NCBI GenBank assembly: GCA_963714015.1
Contig: OY970223.1
Span: forward strand, 3,424,001 to 3,488,000
Direction: 5' to 3'
From: Vulcanimicrobiota bacterium
Lineage (GTDB): Bacteria; Vulcanimicrobiota; Vulcanimicrobiia; Vulcanimicrobiales; Vulcanimicrobiaceae
DNA: 64,000 nt
The notes under the pieces were generated by a model. That model was not told the origin of the DNA, searched no databases, and was given only the letters and a program-made list of their open reading frames with translations. Position numbers and translations under genes: made by a program. Shown piece after piece: positions 29,454-39,823 of this stretch (the first letter of the stretch is position 1; each line of letters begins with the position of its first letter).

Positions 29454-32400
29454 CTAGTTTTCGATCCAGGTGTAGGTCACAATCGACGTCTCGGGTGTAA
29501 CCGGTTCCGCTCCGACGCTGATCTTGCAGCTCTGGACGATATCGAACGGATTGCGCGTCGGATTGACGGTAGTGGGCGCGTGCGATAGCAGGATGCCGTT
29601 TCCGCTCGTCGGGATCACGGTGAACGAAGTCGTATCCCAGCCCAGGCCCATGGCCTGCGAAGAGTTGGCGGAGTCCACTTCGGTCAGCATCTCGTTCGTC
29701 GGGCTTCCGGTGCTGTTCACCGGGTTGTTGTCCGTCGAAACGTACAGGCCCCATCCGGCGGGGTTGCCGACGTCCGTGTAGACGCTTACCGTTGCGATAT
29801 CGCTGCCGGTTACTGATTGATTGTTGGCGACGCCGCCCATATTGATACTCGAGGCGGCGAAGGCACAGCCCGGACAATTGGGCGAGGGATGCGACGGATT
29901 CGCACCGGGTCCCGTGCCGGGATCGACGACGATGACCAAACTCGCGTTCGGAACAACCTCGACGTCCGTATCGTTGGGCCAAGCCGAGGCGGCGCTCACG
30001 CCGTTCGTCGTGCCGCCCGCCGCCAGGACGCTGAACGTCGCCGGGAAGTTGAAGATGTCGTTCACTTTGTACGGTGCTTGCGCGTTGAACGTGATCGTCA
30101 TCGAATCGCCCGGAGCAATATAGCAGCCGGCGCCGCCCGTAACGGTAATGTTTCCGTTCGACGTGGGTGCGCCCAGCGGCACGGGATTGGTGACGGTTGC
30201 AGTGCACGCCTTGCCGCCGGCTTGGCTGCCGTTGATCGTAACGGTTGCCGTCGGTGCTGCCTTCGGCGTAATTTGCCAATCGATACCCGTCGTGTCCGTA
30301 CCGGTGACGCCGTTGATGTCCTGGTACGGAATCGTCACTTGGACCTTCGTGAGGCTGTTGCACGGGATGCCGCCCGCGCAGTTGCCCGCGCTTGCACCGG
30401 TGTTCGTAATCGTGTACTGAAACGTGTTGCCGTACGTCGTGTCACTGTCCGCGCCGACCGTCGGTATGTTCGGCGCCGTCACCGGGACTATCGAGCCGCT
30501 ATAGGGATAGACTGCAGAGAATCCCGCCGTTGCACCGGTGGCGCTGATGCTCAGGGTGATCGTCTTGCCGTTGCCGTTCCAGCCGTCGCCGTTCGCGCCG
30601 TGCGTCCAGATGGTGCCGGTAATCGGACCCGCAACTCCGTTCGGAACGTTCAGAGCGCCCGTTGCATTGAACGTCTCACTGGGCTGCAGCGCGTGCGCCT
30701 GCTCGGTCGCCGTTGCGCACGCCGTCATATTGTTGCCGGTCGGCGGGTTCCAGGTTCCCGTGTTGCCGGGTTTCTGCGCCGCGCACAATCCGAACCAGTA
30801 ACGCGTGGTTCCCGCAACCGGCGTCGTCGATCCGAGATAGCTCCATCCGGCGGACGGCGCGCTGACTGCCGGATTGCTCCATGCCTCGTTGCTGGGAATA
30901 TCGACCGCGATGGCGTCGATCTCGTCCGGGAACGTTCCGCTGGTTGACGCATTAGAAAGCGCCACGGTTACGTTGTTGTCGGACGGCGAGCCCACCGAAT
31001 TCGGTGCGAACGATCCGGTCATCAGCGAGTTGTCGAGCGAATAAGAACCGATCGCCGTGCTGTCGATCGATTGCGGATTCGTCTGTCCGACGAACACGGT
31101 ATTGGTTCCGTCCGGAGCAATCGTGAAGATGTTGTTCGCTCCGCCGGTCTGCACCGTCTCGAGCGTAAAGTCCACGTAGGCGAAGGCCGACTCCGCACCC
31201 GGATTGAGGTCGAAGTACAGGTCCTGCGATGCGCCGGGTGCGATTCCGGCGTTACCGTTCCCCACTTGGAAGCAGTTCACGTCCGCCGGCAGACCGTTGG
31301 GACAATTGACGATGTTCCACTTCGTCGGCGAATTACCGTCGATGTTGATGGTCACGTTGCCGCCCGACATCGGCGGCGGTTCGCCCAGCTCGAATTCGGT
31401 GATATTCGCCGAACCGGCGGTGGACGTGTTCTTGATGTGGATATCCCAAACGTCGCTTCCGGCTGATGCCGAACCCTGCGGCTCGTTCTGCGCGTACATG
31501 CCCTGCATCGTACCTGCTACGACGCTGCGCGGCGTAAAGCCGTGAATGTCCGGACCCAGCGTGAGTCCGCCGTTTTGGTTGCCGACGAAGTAGACGTGTC
31601 CGGTCCCGGACCACGTGGTCGCGTTGCCGAAGTTGACGCTGACGTAATTCGTCGCCTGTGTCTGATTGGCGGCCGACCAGTCGGCGCCGTCGACGGGTAG
31701 CACCGTCGTCGTTCCATTACAGCCCGTCTTACAGTTGGTGTCGGCGACCGGAACGCTCCATGTGATGTTGGGGATCGTGACGTACGTGTTGTTCGGCGCC
31801 AAGCTGTTGCCGGCAGTGGTCGGAAGGCCCAGCACGTTGCAGCCGGCCGCGTTGCCGGCTCCCGCGCACTTTACCGTAAACGTCCAAGAGACGCCGCTCG
31901 AATCGACGACCGTCTGCGTTTGGCAGTTTGCTCCGCACGAAGAGCTGCCCGCGCCAAGCGCCATCGTGACGCCGGACGTGCCGGTGTTGAAGTCGATCTC
32001 GGCGATCGCATCCGCGTTCTGCGTATTCCAATTGACGCTGCCGCCGTCGTTTTGGAACTCCAAACCCGACGTTGCGGTTCCGCCTGCGCTGAGTGTAATT
32101 GCCGTACCGTTGGGATTGGTAAATATCGTCGAGACGTTGTAGCCCACGATCTGAAAAGCTTTGGATGCCGCGACGTCCCCGGCGTTCGGCGCCGTTCCGG
32201 CGGCCCCGGTGATGCCGGCCTTGTCGTAGAGCGTCAGGGTATAAGCGTCGTTGGGATAATTCGTGGGCGTCTGATTGTTCGTGAACGTCCAGTTGACGTT
32301 GGTCGTCGTTCCGGCCAGATTATTTACGTCGTTGCTGTAGACGACCAATCCGTTCGGATCGCTGATGATCTCGCGGTAGCTGTGCCCGTTCGTGAGACCG

Positions 32401-33530
32401 GTTACCTTCGCGGCAAAACCGGAGTCCGAGTTTTCGGTCGTCGAGTCGAAGGCAAATATGGCGGAAGGCGTCGGTGCAGCCGGTGCCGGGGACGGCGCTG
32501 CCGTACCGCTCGCACCCGCTACGCCGGTCATGCTTATCGCGCCCGATGCGCCGTTCTTGACGACGGAAAACTGAATTTGCGCGACGCGCTGATTTGCGGT
32601 CGTGTCGTAAAGCACGAGCGAATACGTGCCCGTAGCCTCCGCCGCCGGAATCGTCCAGGAGCCGTTGAAGGTCCCGAGCGCCGGCAGACGCGCAACGGCG
32701 GAGTCCGGATTACACAGCCCTGCCGGCGGGTTGCCGCCCGGCGAGGGGAACAGGAAAACGCAGGTCGGCGAGGTCGACGTCGATTCGATGTAATACGCGT
32801 AGTCGTCGGCGCCTTGCAAGCCGCTGTCGCTGAAGTACACCGTCTGTCCGCCGGTGAAATTCGTCTCCGGCACGGTGTCGTACTGATCGGAGAACGTCTG
32901 CAGCGTATTCGTGTTTCCGACCTGAATGTACGCGACGTCGATCCAGAAACTTCCCGTCTTGTCGTATGTCCCGAGCACATACGTGCCGTCGACGTTCAGC
33001 GTTTGAATGTTGCCGCCGTCGCCGTTCTTGACCAAGTAAGCCGCATAGGCATTGAACGCCGTCGGGTCGTTCGGCGGCAGATAGACGTCTTCGACGGAGT
33101 CGTTACCGTTGAGCGCGCCGTTGCCGAACGTCGACCACCATTGGATCGTACAAGGATTGCCGAAGATGTAGTTTCCGTATTCCAGACAGCCCGTGTTGAT
33201 GTTGACGGTACTGCCGGTCGCGGACATCGGATGCCGGTGTCCGGAAAGAATGTCCGCTGCGCTGAAGGTGTTGGCGCGCGTTTGCTTAGGCAGCGGTGCG
33301 AGTTGCCAACGCGGAAGCCGCGCGACCACCGTTCGCTGCATGCGCACCGCACTGGGAACGTTCGTTCCCGAAAGGCCTTGGAGCGGGGCAAGGGTCGCAA
33401 CCGGCCTTACGGGGGCGGGACTAGGATGCGCGATAACGTGCAGCGTGGGGCCGACGGCGGCCACAGCGACTGCGCCGCCGACGAGCGCCAGGAATCCCGC
33501 GATGAGCGCTGCGCGCACGTTACTGAACAT
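29454..33530 (-). CDS. Large secreted beta-rich adhesin (1358 aa) with C-terminal pilin/WxL-like domain
   Basis: Signal MFSNVRAALIAG; Gly/Thr/Asn-rich Ig-like repeats with Cys pairs; C-terminal INMGG...GWGLYVS...TSIVTYTWIEN; TGATG coupling to the upstream gene. Confidence 0.7.
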   Translation of the reverse strand: MFSNVRAALIAGFLALVGGAVAVAAVGPTLHVIAHPSPAPVRPVATLAPLQGLSGTNVPSAVRMQRTVVARLPRWQLAPLPKQTRANTFSAADILSGHRHPMSATGSTVNINTGCLEYGNYIFGNPCTIQWWSTFGNGALNGNDSVEDVYLPPNDPTAFNAYAAYLVKNGDGGNIQTLNVDGTYVLGTYDKTGSFWIDVAYIQVGNTNTLQTFSDQYDTVPETNFTGGQTVYFSDSGLQGADDYAYYIESTSTSPTCVFLFPSPGGNPPAGLCNPDSAVARLPALGTFNGSWTIPAAEATGTYSLVLYDTTANQRVAQIQFSVVKNGASGAISMTGVAGASGTAAPSPAPAAPTPSAIFAFDSTTENSDSGFAAKVTGLTNGHSYREIISDPNGLVVYSNDVNNLAGTTTNVNWTFTNNQTPTNYPNDAYTLTLYDKAGITGAAGTAPNAGDVAASKAFQIVGYNVSTIFTNPNGTAITLSAGGTATSGLEFQNDGGSVNWNTQNADAIAEIDFNTGTSGVTMALGAGSSSCGANCQTQTVVDSSGVSWTFTVKCAGAGNAAGCNVLGLPTTAGNSLAPNNTYVTIPNITWSVPVADTNCKTGCNGTTTVLPVDGADWSAANQTQATNYVSVNFGNATTWSGTGHVYFVGNQNGGLTLGPDIHGFTPRSVVAGTMQGMYAQNEPQGSASAGSDVWDIHIKNTSTAGSANITEFELGEPPPMSGGNVTINIDGNSPTKWNIVNCPNGLPADVNCFQVGNGNAGIAPGASQDLYFDLNPGAESAFAYVDFTLETVQTGGANNIFTIAPDGTNTVFVGQTNPQSIDSTAIGSYSLDNSLMTGSFAPNSVGSPSDNNVTVALSNASTSGTFPDEIDAIAVDIPSNEAWSNPAVSAPSAGWSYLGSTTPVAGTTRYWFGLCAAQKPGNTGTWNPPTGNNMTACATATEQAHALQPSETFNATGALNVPNGVAGPITGTIWTHGANGDGWNGNGKTITLSISATGATAGFSAVYPYSGSIVPVTAPNIPTVGADSDTTYGNTFQYTITNTGASAGNCAGGIPCNSLTKVQVTIPYQDINGVTGTDTTGIDWQITPKAAPTATVTINGSQAGGKACTATVTNPVPLGAPTSNGNITVTGGAGCYIAPGDSMTITFNAQAPYKVNDIFNFPATFSVLAAGGTTNGVSAASAWPNDTDVEVVPNASLVIVVDPGTGPGANPSHPSPNCPGCAFAASSINMGGVANNQSVTGSDIATVSVYTDVGNPAGWGLYVSTDNNPVNSTGSPTNEMLTEVDSANSSQAMGLGWDTTSFTVIPTSGNGILLSHAPTTVNPTRNPFDIVQSCKISVGAEPVTPETSIVTYTWIEN

Positions 33531-34240
33531 CACCAGTACACCGTGTAAGTAGCGGTCGTGCTGTAAGATCCGGTCGGAACGGAGGCGGGAATCACGATGC
33601 TGAGATCGACGCAGTAGGTCTTCATGCCGCCGGCGGTCGCGACGTTCTGCCACGCCGTAGGATATACGGTGAAGGGCGAAGCCGTCGGCTGCGGCGTCGC
33701 GCCGGCGTAATTATCGCGGCTCACGTTCTTCCCGGGAAAGCTCGTTGCCGACGAAGACGGATTCTGCGCTAGCCCGTCCTTCAGAGTCCATGAGGTCTGC
33801 GCGCTGTCGACAGTGACTTGATACGCGCACGACTGCTTGAGCGTCGTGCCCGCGGTGCCGTTCAGCGTGACGATCGGGTTGTTGGTATAGAGCAGGGTCC
33901 CCATTGGATTGGGGGAGACTTCCGCTTCGACTTTGAGCGCCGACTGCGTCTGCTGCGCAACGAGCACGCTGCCGCGTTCGAATGCGTTGCCGTCGACGTA
34001 GCCGGCCGACCCCTTCGCGCGCAGCGCGATGTGCGCGGCGATCTGCGGAGCCGATACGGGCGGCCCTGCGTCTGCCGGAGCGGGCGCCTTTGCGACGCCG
34101 GTGATGTTCATGAGAATCGTGACTTGGATCTGGTCGCGCTGAGTCTGCCCGACGCCGGCTTGCGAATGACCGCCGAACGCCGCGAAGATCGCTGCCACCG
34201 CCAGTGCTGCGAAAGCTCCTCGCTTGAGCGGCCGGTTCAC
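33530..34240 (-). CDS. Putative minor fimbrial subunit
   Basis: Signal peptide; SWTLKD; C-terminal VIPASVPTGSYSTTATYTVYW; GTGA coupling. Confidence 0.65.
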   Translation of the reverse strand: MNRPLKRGAFAALAVAAIFAAFGGHSQAGVGQTQRDQIQVTILMNITGVAKAPAPADAGPPVSAPQIAAHIALRAKGSAGYVDGNAFERGSVLVAQQTQSALKVEAEVSPNPMGTLLYTNNPIVTLNGTAGTTLKQSCAYQVTVDSAQTSWTLKDGLAQNPSSSATSFPGKNVSRDNYAGATPQPTASPFTVYPTAWQNVATAGGMKTYCVDLSIVIPASVPTGSYSTTATYTVYW

Positions 34241-34896
34241 GACGCCACCACCGTGTAGACGATCCAAACGTAGTAATTCACGGTGCCGGACGTAGCGGCC
34301 GCATTGGGAACTTTGAGCTCGTAATCCTGATAGATGTCGCCGCTCTCCGAAGACGAGCTGTCGATCGGAGCCGGATACGTCCCGTAGGTGATCGTCGGCG
34401 GAACTCCGGATTCGGGCTGCGCGGGATTGACCGCTCCACCCGTGACGTTAAACGGAAAACCTGCGCTGAAACCGGTATTGCCGTCGCCGCTGGCGACGGA
34501 GGGGACCCAATATAATGTTTGATTCAGATTCATGGTGTTGGCGCCGCCGTCCGAAAAGTTTGCGGCGCCTTCGCCGTAGAGGTTGAATCCCGAGCTGTCG
34601 TTGCTGCTGACGTTCACGTGAGCGGCGTACTTGTAGAGGTAGTCCACGCCGGCTTCGATCGCGCCGAAGTCGACCGCGCAACTGTTCGCGCACGATCCGG
34701 GTCCGGGCGCGGGCGTCGGCTGGGTGCCGAGCGCGGCCTTAACTGTTCCGTAACCTGCGTTATAGTTGGGCGTCAGCGTCATCGTGATAATCGCGTTGGT
34801 ATACCACGCAACTTTCACGCTACCGGCTGCCGAGGCCGGCGCGATTGTCAAAACCGCAGCCAGCGCCACCACACAGGAGCCAATCCAGGCTCGCAA
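34237..34896 (-). CDS. Putative minor fimbrial subunit (spore coat U/Csu-like)
   Basis: AAGGAG RBS plus TTG; signal (ASA); CANSCAVDFGAI; C-terminal DYELKVP...IVYTVVAS. Confidence 0.65.
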   Translation of the reverse strand: MRAWIGSCVVALAAVLTIAPASAAGSVKVAWYTNAIITMTLTPNYNAGYGTVKAALGTQPTPAPGPGSCANSCAVDFGAIEAGVDYLYKYAAHVNVSSNDSSGFNLYGEGAANFSDGGANTMNLNQTLYWVPSVASGDGNTGFSAGFPFNVTGGAVNPAQPESGVPPTITYGTYPAPIDSSSSESGDIYQDYELKVPNAAATSGTVNYYVWIVYTVVAS

Positions 34897-34935
34897 CGCG
34901 CACACTCCTTTGTTAGTTGTACTGCTTGGTCTGAA

Positions 34936-35739
34936 CTAGTGCGTTTCGAAAGCGACCTCGCCGCCCGTCATCGATTTCCCGCCGTAATCCACCATCGCGA
35001 TTACTTGATACTTTCCGGGAGGCAGCGGTTTGCCCGAAACCTCGATCAGACGTTCTCCGCCGCGTTCGACCAACTCGTTGTTCGGAAGCGAGATCCGATC
35101 GACCGTTGCGCCATCCTTCTGGACCTCCAGTTGTCCGTTCAGATAGACGTGCATGTTGCCGGTATTCTTGAAAACGACCCGGTAGTTCTCGTCGCTCGGT
35201 TCGCTCACCACGTTCATCTTGGCAATCGCACCATCGATTTTTTCGGTGCCTGCGATCGTCAAGTAAATCTTGGTGGCGATTCGAGCCGAGAACGCTACCG
35301 CTCCCGCCCGGCGAACTGCTCGCGTTTGAAAGAAGACGATGCCCGAATACTCACCGCTGAGCGTTTTGTCGTCCGGCAAGTGCAGACTGAGCTGAACTTG
35401 CTGCGACGTTCCCGCCGGAAGGTCGAACTCGCGAGGGTTGATGAAGGCCCAACGCATCAGCGAGTTAAGTCGGCTTCCGACTGCCGCGATCTTGTATCCG
35501 CCGCTTCGATCGACCGTGAAGTCGACCATCGAGGCTTGAATGTGGGTCGCCGCCCCCGATTGATTCGACACGGTAACCGGTATGTTGTAACTCGTACCGG
35601 TAGGCGCCGAAAGATCCAGTTTTGCGGGCGAGACCGAGATTCCTAAGACACCGGCAGTTTGAGCAGGTGCTCCGGATCCCATAAGAAGTGTCGCAAACAG
35701 TAACGCTATCGCTGAGATAATGACGCGAGAATGCTTCAT
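34936..35739 (-). CDS. Putative periplasmic fimbrial chaperone (PapD/DUF916-like two Ig domains)
   Basis: Signal; ISVSPAKLDL...VTVSN...WAFINPREFDLPAGTSQQV...GEYSGIVFF; second domain FKNTGNMH...LPPGKY...VDYG. Confidence 0.75.
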   Translation of the reverse strand: MKHSRVIISAIALLFATLLMGSGAPAQTAGVLGISVSPAKLDLSAPTGTSYNIPVTVSNQSGAATHIQASMVDFTVDRSGGYKIAAVGSRLNSLMRWAFINPREFDLPAGTSQQVQLSLHLPDDKTLSGEYSGIVFFQTRAVRRAGAVAFSARIATKIYLTIAGTEKIDGAIAKMNVVSEPSDENYRVVFKNTGNMHVYLNGQLEVQKDGATVDRISLPNNELVERGGERLIEVSGKPLPPGKYQVIAMVDYGGKSMTGGEVAFETH

Positions 35740-35804
35740 ATGAGATCGTTTCGGTCGCAGGGACACCCGACCCCGCAGCCTTTCGAGCTTTCCTTCGTTC
35801 AGAT

Positions 35805-36554
35805 TTAGTTTGTAACGACCGTGTAAGTAACGGTTCCGGAGTCGTTGGCCGTCTTGCCGGCGTTGGCCGGAAGCACGACCGCGTAATCCTCGCCGAAGTA
35901 TGCCGGGTTGGTCGTGTTGTCGCTCGTGTCGAACACAGTCGTGGCCGCACCGCCGGGAACGGTTTGCGCGTTCACGCCGGAACCGCCGTACTGCAGACCG
36001 GCACACGTCGCTCCCGACCAGTTCGCAGCGGTCGTGTCCGTGGTGTCGGTGGCTTTAGCAGCCGTGTAGTTCGAAGAGGAGACGCCCGCTGCAGCCCATG
36101 CAACCGGCGCGTTCGATTTGATCGCGATGCCGCAGATCGCCGCTCCGGCTTGAGCCGGTGCAGCCGTCAGCTGCTCTTGAACCACGACGCCGGAGGTGTC
36201 GTTCGTATTGATTTGTGCTTCCGCCGCGTTGAGACCGACGCAAACGGTCGGGGCCGACGCGCTCGGCGTGATGCCGCCGAAGTCCAGCGTCAAGGCCTGC
36301 GTGCCGTTGCCGGCGCCGCCCGCGCCGGGGCTCACGTTGCAGGTGCCGCCGCCGGGAACGGTGAGCGGCGCAAGGTTGTCGCTGCCGCCGGCGCCGGCGT
36401 TGTTGTAGTTACCTTCGAGAACCATCGTCGCGACTGCGGAGATGTTCCATTGAATTTTCACGGTGCCCGTTGCTGCCGCCGCTGCGGATGCGGGGGCCGG
36501 CAGACAGGCGGAGATTGCCACGAGTGCCGTTGCGAGCGTTAAGAGCTTTTTCAC
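35805..36554 (-). CDS. Putative major fimbrial subunit
   Basis: Ala/Thr/Gly-rich; signal; TCNV...LTLDFGGITP; C-terminal EDYAVVLP...GTVTYTVVTN; own promoter upstream and stem-loop downstream. Confidence 0.7.
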   Translation of the reverse strand: MKKLLTLATALVAISACLPAPASAAAAATGTVKIQWNISAVATMVLEGNYNNAGAGGSDNLAPLTVPGGGTCNVSPGAGGAGNGTQALTLDFGGITPSASAPTVCVGLNAAEAQINTNDTSGVVVQEQLTAAPAQAGAAICGIAIKSNAPVAWAAAGVSSSNYTAAKATDTTDTTAANWSGATCAGLQYGGSGVNAQTVPGGAATTVFDTSDNTTNPAYFGEDYAVVLPANAGKTANDSGTVTYTVVTN

Positions 36555-36557
36555 TTT

Positions 36558-36651
36558 TGAGATCCTTTCACAATGCGCAATTTAAATGCCGTCCATGGCA
36601 AATGCGAAAAGCGTTACCTCAACGTTATCGGCACCTTCGATAGCCTAGTTA
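36558..36651 (-). promoter_or_regulatory. sigma28-type promoter TAAC-N15-GCCGATAA plus CsrA-like sites in the 5' UTR
   Basis: -35 at 36648-36651, -10 at 36625-36632; hairpin TGCC-ATGGAC-GGCA 36587-36600; AAGGA in the RBS. Confidence 0.7.
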
Positions 36652-39600
36652 GTAAGAGACCGTGGTAAGGCTGTTCAGATATCTTTACAGTGAATACGAA
36701 TATATGCGGCGCGTTCGGCTTGGGTAAAGTCGTCGTCTGACCGTCCTGCCAAACGATGCGATCGCCTTCGTGCGCGGCGGCCAGAAAGCGCGCGTGCACC
36801 ACGACGTATTGGCCTTTGATGGGATGCTCCGGGGATGAGCTCGAAAGTATCCGGCCGGCGCATCGGGATCGACCACCAGCGTAGCGGACGCCGACAAAAG
36901 TCGTTTGCCGTGAATCGTGGCCGCTATCTTGTACGATCCGCTTTTCGCTGCCGCGGGAACGTCGATCTCACCTTCCCAACGCGACGTTAAGCGAGAGTAA
37001 TTCAGCGGATGCGTTTCGCCGAATGCAATTGCGGCGACCGACGTCGCTTCCTCGCCGGCCGTCACCGAAACGAGCGTTTCACCGCCGGGCGGCAGGCGAT
37101 CGTGCGCGATCTCCATCATCGCCGCTTCCGAGTCTTCGGTGGCTTTGAACGAGAACACGATGTTCTTCTGCTCCTTGCCGATCGTGAAGAGCAGGCCGTC
37201 ATGGCGTTCACCGGGCTCCAGCTCGACGCTCACAGGCGGCGATTCGTTGCCCGTTCCGTCCGGAAGGGTTTCCGGATCGACGTTGACGTTGTACGTTCCG
37301 GCCGGGAGATCGTCGATGAGGAAGCTGCCGTCGTCGTTCGTGATCACCGCGTGTTCGCCCGGCTCGGCGACGACGTAAGCGTTGGTGACGCCTTGATTTG
37401 CGAGATCTTTGCCCAGAGCGGGATCGTACACGAGTTTTCCGGCAATGGACCCGAGCGCGCTCGCGGTGAAATCAACGGGCGTGTATTGACCGTTTTGCAC
37501 GATCACGTCCTTGACTGCATCCGATGACGGAAATGACGCGTCCGCAGGCAGCGAGGCCATGTCGATAGCGACGGTGTGCTTTCCGGGCGCGAGGCGGCCG
37601 AACCCGAATGTGCCGAGCGCAGTCGTCGTTACCGTCGTTATCTGATCCAGTTTGATCTGCGCACCCGAAATGGGGTAGAGATCGCCGCTCGGCGTGCGGC
37701 CCATCACGTGCCCTTCGATTCCGCCGAAACTGCCGATTTGGAAGAGCACCTGCGCGCTCTGACCGCCTTGCACGTCGATTGGCGCATACGGTTGATCCGC
37801 CGTCACACCGCGCGGAAGGGACGCCGTCTCGATTCGGACTTCGTGGTGCCCGGGCGAAACCAAGTTGAATTGAAAATGGCCGAGCAGATCGGTTCGTTGC
37901 ACTTGCGACTCGTCGAGCACCACTTCGACGTTTGAGATGCCGTTCGAAGAAGCTGCGGATCCGACGAAGTTGGTGGCTCCGGCGACGCTGACGACACTGC
38001 CCGCGATCGTCGCCGGAAGATGCGGATTGGGCCTTCCGCTGACGGCGCCGGTTCCGAACGAGAAGGGCGCATCTACCTCCAAATTGATGATGCGCGAATG
38101 TCCGTCGACCGAAGGGTTGATCGGATCGTGCGTGAACTGTTCGCCGACGTTTAATCCGAGCGTCAGGGCCGGGGATATTGCGCGGCTGAAATTTACCAGC
38201 GGCGTAATCTGCAGCGCATCGCTCGCGGCCGTGCGCGTGTGCGTAAACGACGTACCGAACGAGACCGTATTGCGCAGTCCGATCTGCGTCGAGGTGTTGA
38301 TGCTGTTCGAAAGGATCACGGACCCGGCGCCCGACGACGTGCTGTTCAGCACCTGGCCGTTGTACGTAAACGCGAGTCTGCCGAGCTGCCGCTGCAGTGA
38401 GACGCCGTACTGCGAGTTCGATCCGGGCGCAAGGCCGGTCAGCCGCTGCAGCTGCCCCTGAAACAGCGCGTTCGTGCCGAACAATTCGGTCTGAAGTTGA
38501 CCCGAGACTCCGCCGGTCCACTGCGCCGGCGCACCTGCTTGCAACTGATGCTCGTCTTGCAGAGCCAAGCTGTAATCGACAGTGCCGCGCGAGCCCGTAA
38601 ACGTTAAAGAATCGCGGCGGGTCAGGATTTGGTCGGCGCCCTCTCCCGCTTTGTCCATCGATCCGTCGAAGGAGAGTGAGGAATTCGAAAGCGTCTTTCG
38701 GAACGACGTGTCGGCAAAGTCGTCGGCACTGACCACGCCGCCGCCGAGCGCCACGAAGCCGTCGCTTTGATGCCGCAGCGTCAAGCTGCCGTACGTGAGC
38801 GCCGATCCGAAGTCGCTGCGGAACTGGTAAGCCGAACCGGATGCCGGAGCGTCCGCGCCGGCGTTCTTCCGATTTTCGAACGCTGCCTCGAGCGTTTCGT
38901 CCAGGGGCCCCGACGCATGCGAAAAACCGAAAAGCGCCAAGCCTTCGCGCTCCGGCGTGGACTCCGACGCGGCTTGCATATAGCCGGCCTCGTAGATCGT
39001 CGAGCCGGTCGTCTTGCGGGCGCGAATACCGGCGAGCCGCGCCGTAAGCCCGTCCTCAATCGCAATCGGGCCTTGGAACGTCGTCAGATCGCCGCCGGCA
39101 AACGGTACGATGACTCCGAATCCCGACAGCGTGGAGCCGAGCGGGATCTGTCCGAGCAGTCCCAGCGGCTGCGCCTGATAGGTCAGGCCGACCTTCGGCG
39201 TGGCATACGTGATCTGAGGAAAGCCCAATCGAGTGGGACCCGAGCTCGTCACACCGAGAGGGACGTTCAACTGCGTCATCGTCGAGCCGGTCCGCCGGGA
39301 AAGCTGCAGCAGGATGCCGGCATTGCCTTCAGTTTGACTCTGACCGGTGGCGCCCGTGTCGGACCCCGCGAAACTGCTGCTCAGCATGTGCTCTCCCAGC
39401 GCGAGGTTGCCGCTCATTGCGAAGGTCAACGGCCCGCCCCGCGAGGCAGCCTTCTCTGAAGGCTTGGGAGTAGACGGAAGAATGGGGGCGGGCGTGGAGC
39501 CCGCGCTTGCAGCGATGGGCGCAGCCGGGAGCGCCTGCGCCGCAATCTGGGCGAGCGCCTGAATCGGGGCCGCAATTGCGGCGGGGATGTCGGAGCGAAG

Positions 39601-39690
39601 CCCGGCCGCTGTAAGCGAGCCGGCCATCATCGTCAATCCGGTAAAGCGCAGCCCGCGGGCGAGGCGCCGTTGGAAGTCCCGTCCCCTCAT
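36614..39690 (-). CDS. Putative atypical usher-like outer-membrane protein with C-terminal SdrD-B/carboxypeptidase-regulatory domains (indels near 36830-36845)
   Basis: Long amphipathic beta-strand region, then TDLLGHFQF..VSPGHHEVRIETASLP, TALGTFGFGRLAPGKHTVAIDMASLP, TNDDGSFLIDDLPAGTYNVNVDPETLP; true C-terminus in ORF 36614-36802. Confidence 0.65.
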
Positions 39691-39705
39691 CTGTGGTCCT
39701 TTACG

Positions 39706-39732
39706 TGTTCGGAGGAGGACGAACGGCGGTTA
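39706..39732 (-). promoter_or_regulatory. Weaker sigma28-like promoter upstream of the usher-like gene
   Basis: TAAC-N15-TCCGAACA. Confidence 0.35.
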
Positions 39733-39754
39733 AGCCCCGGTTCTTAATATTGAC

Positions 39755-39814
39755 GCAATTTTTTCGGCTGGCGGCCGATAGTTGAGAATACAGAGATAGT
39801 TTCACGGAGGAAAC
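39755..39814 (+). promoter_or_regulatory. sigma28-like promoter (GCAA-N15-GCCGATAG) and CsrA-type hairpin over the flagellin RBS
   Basis: GCCGATAG 39774-39781; GTTTC-ACGGAG-GAAAC 39799-39814. Confidence 0.6.
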
Positions 39815-39823
39815 CGCCTCTTC

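Noticed and set aside
29454..33530. Autotransporter or sortase-anchored adhesin
   Set aside because: No C-terminal barrel and no LPxTG-TM tail; it ends in a pilin-like strand
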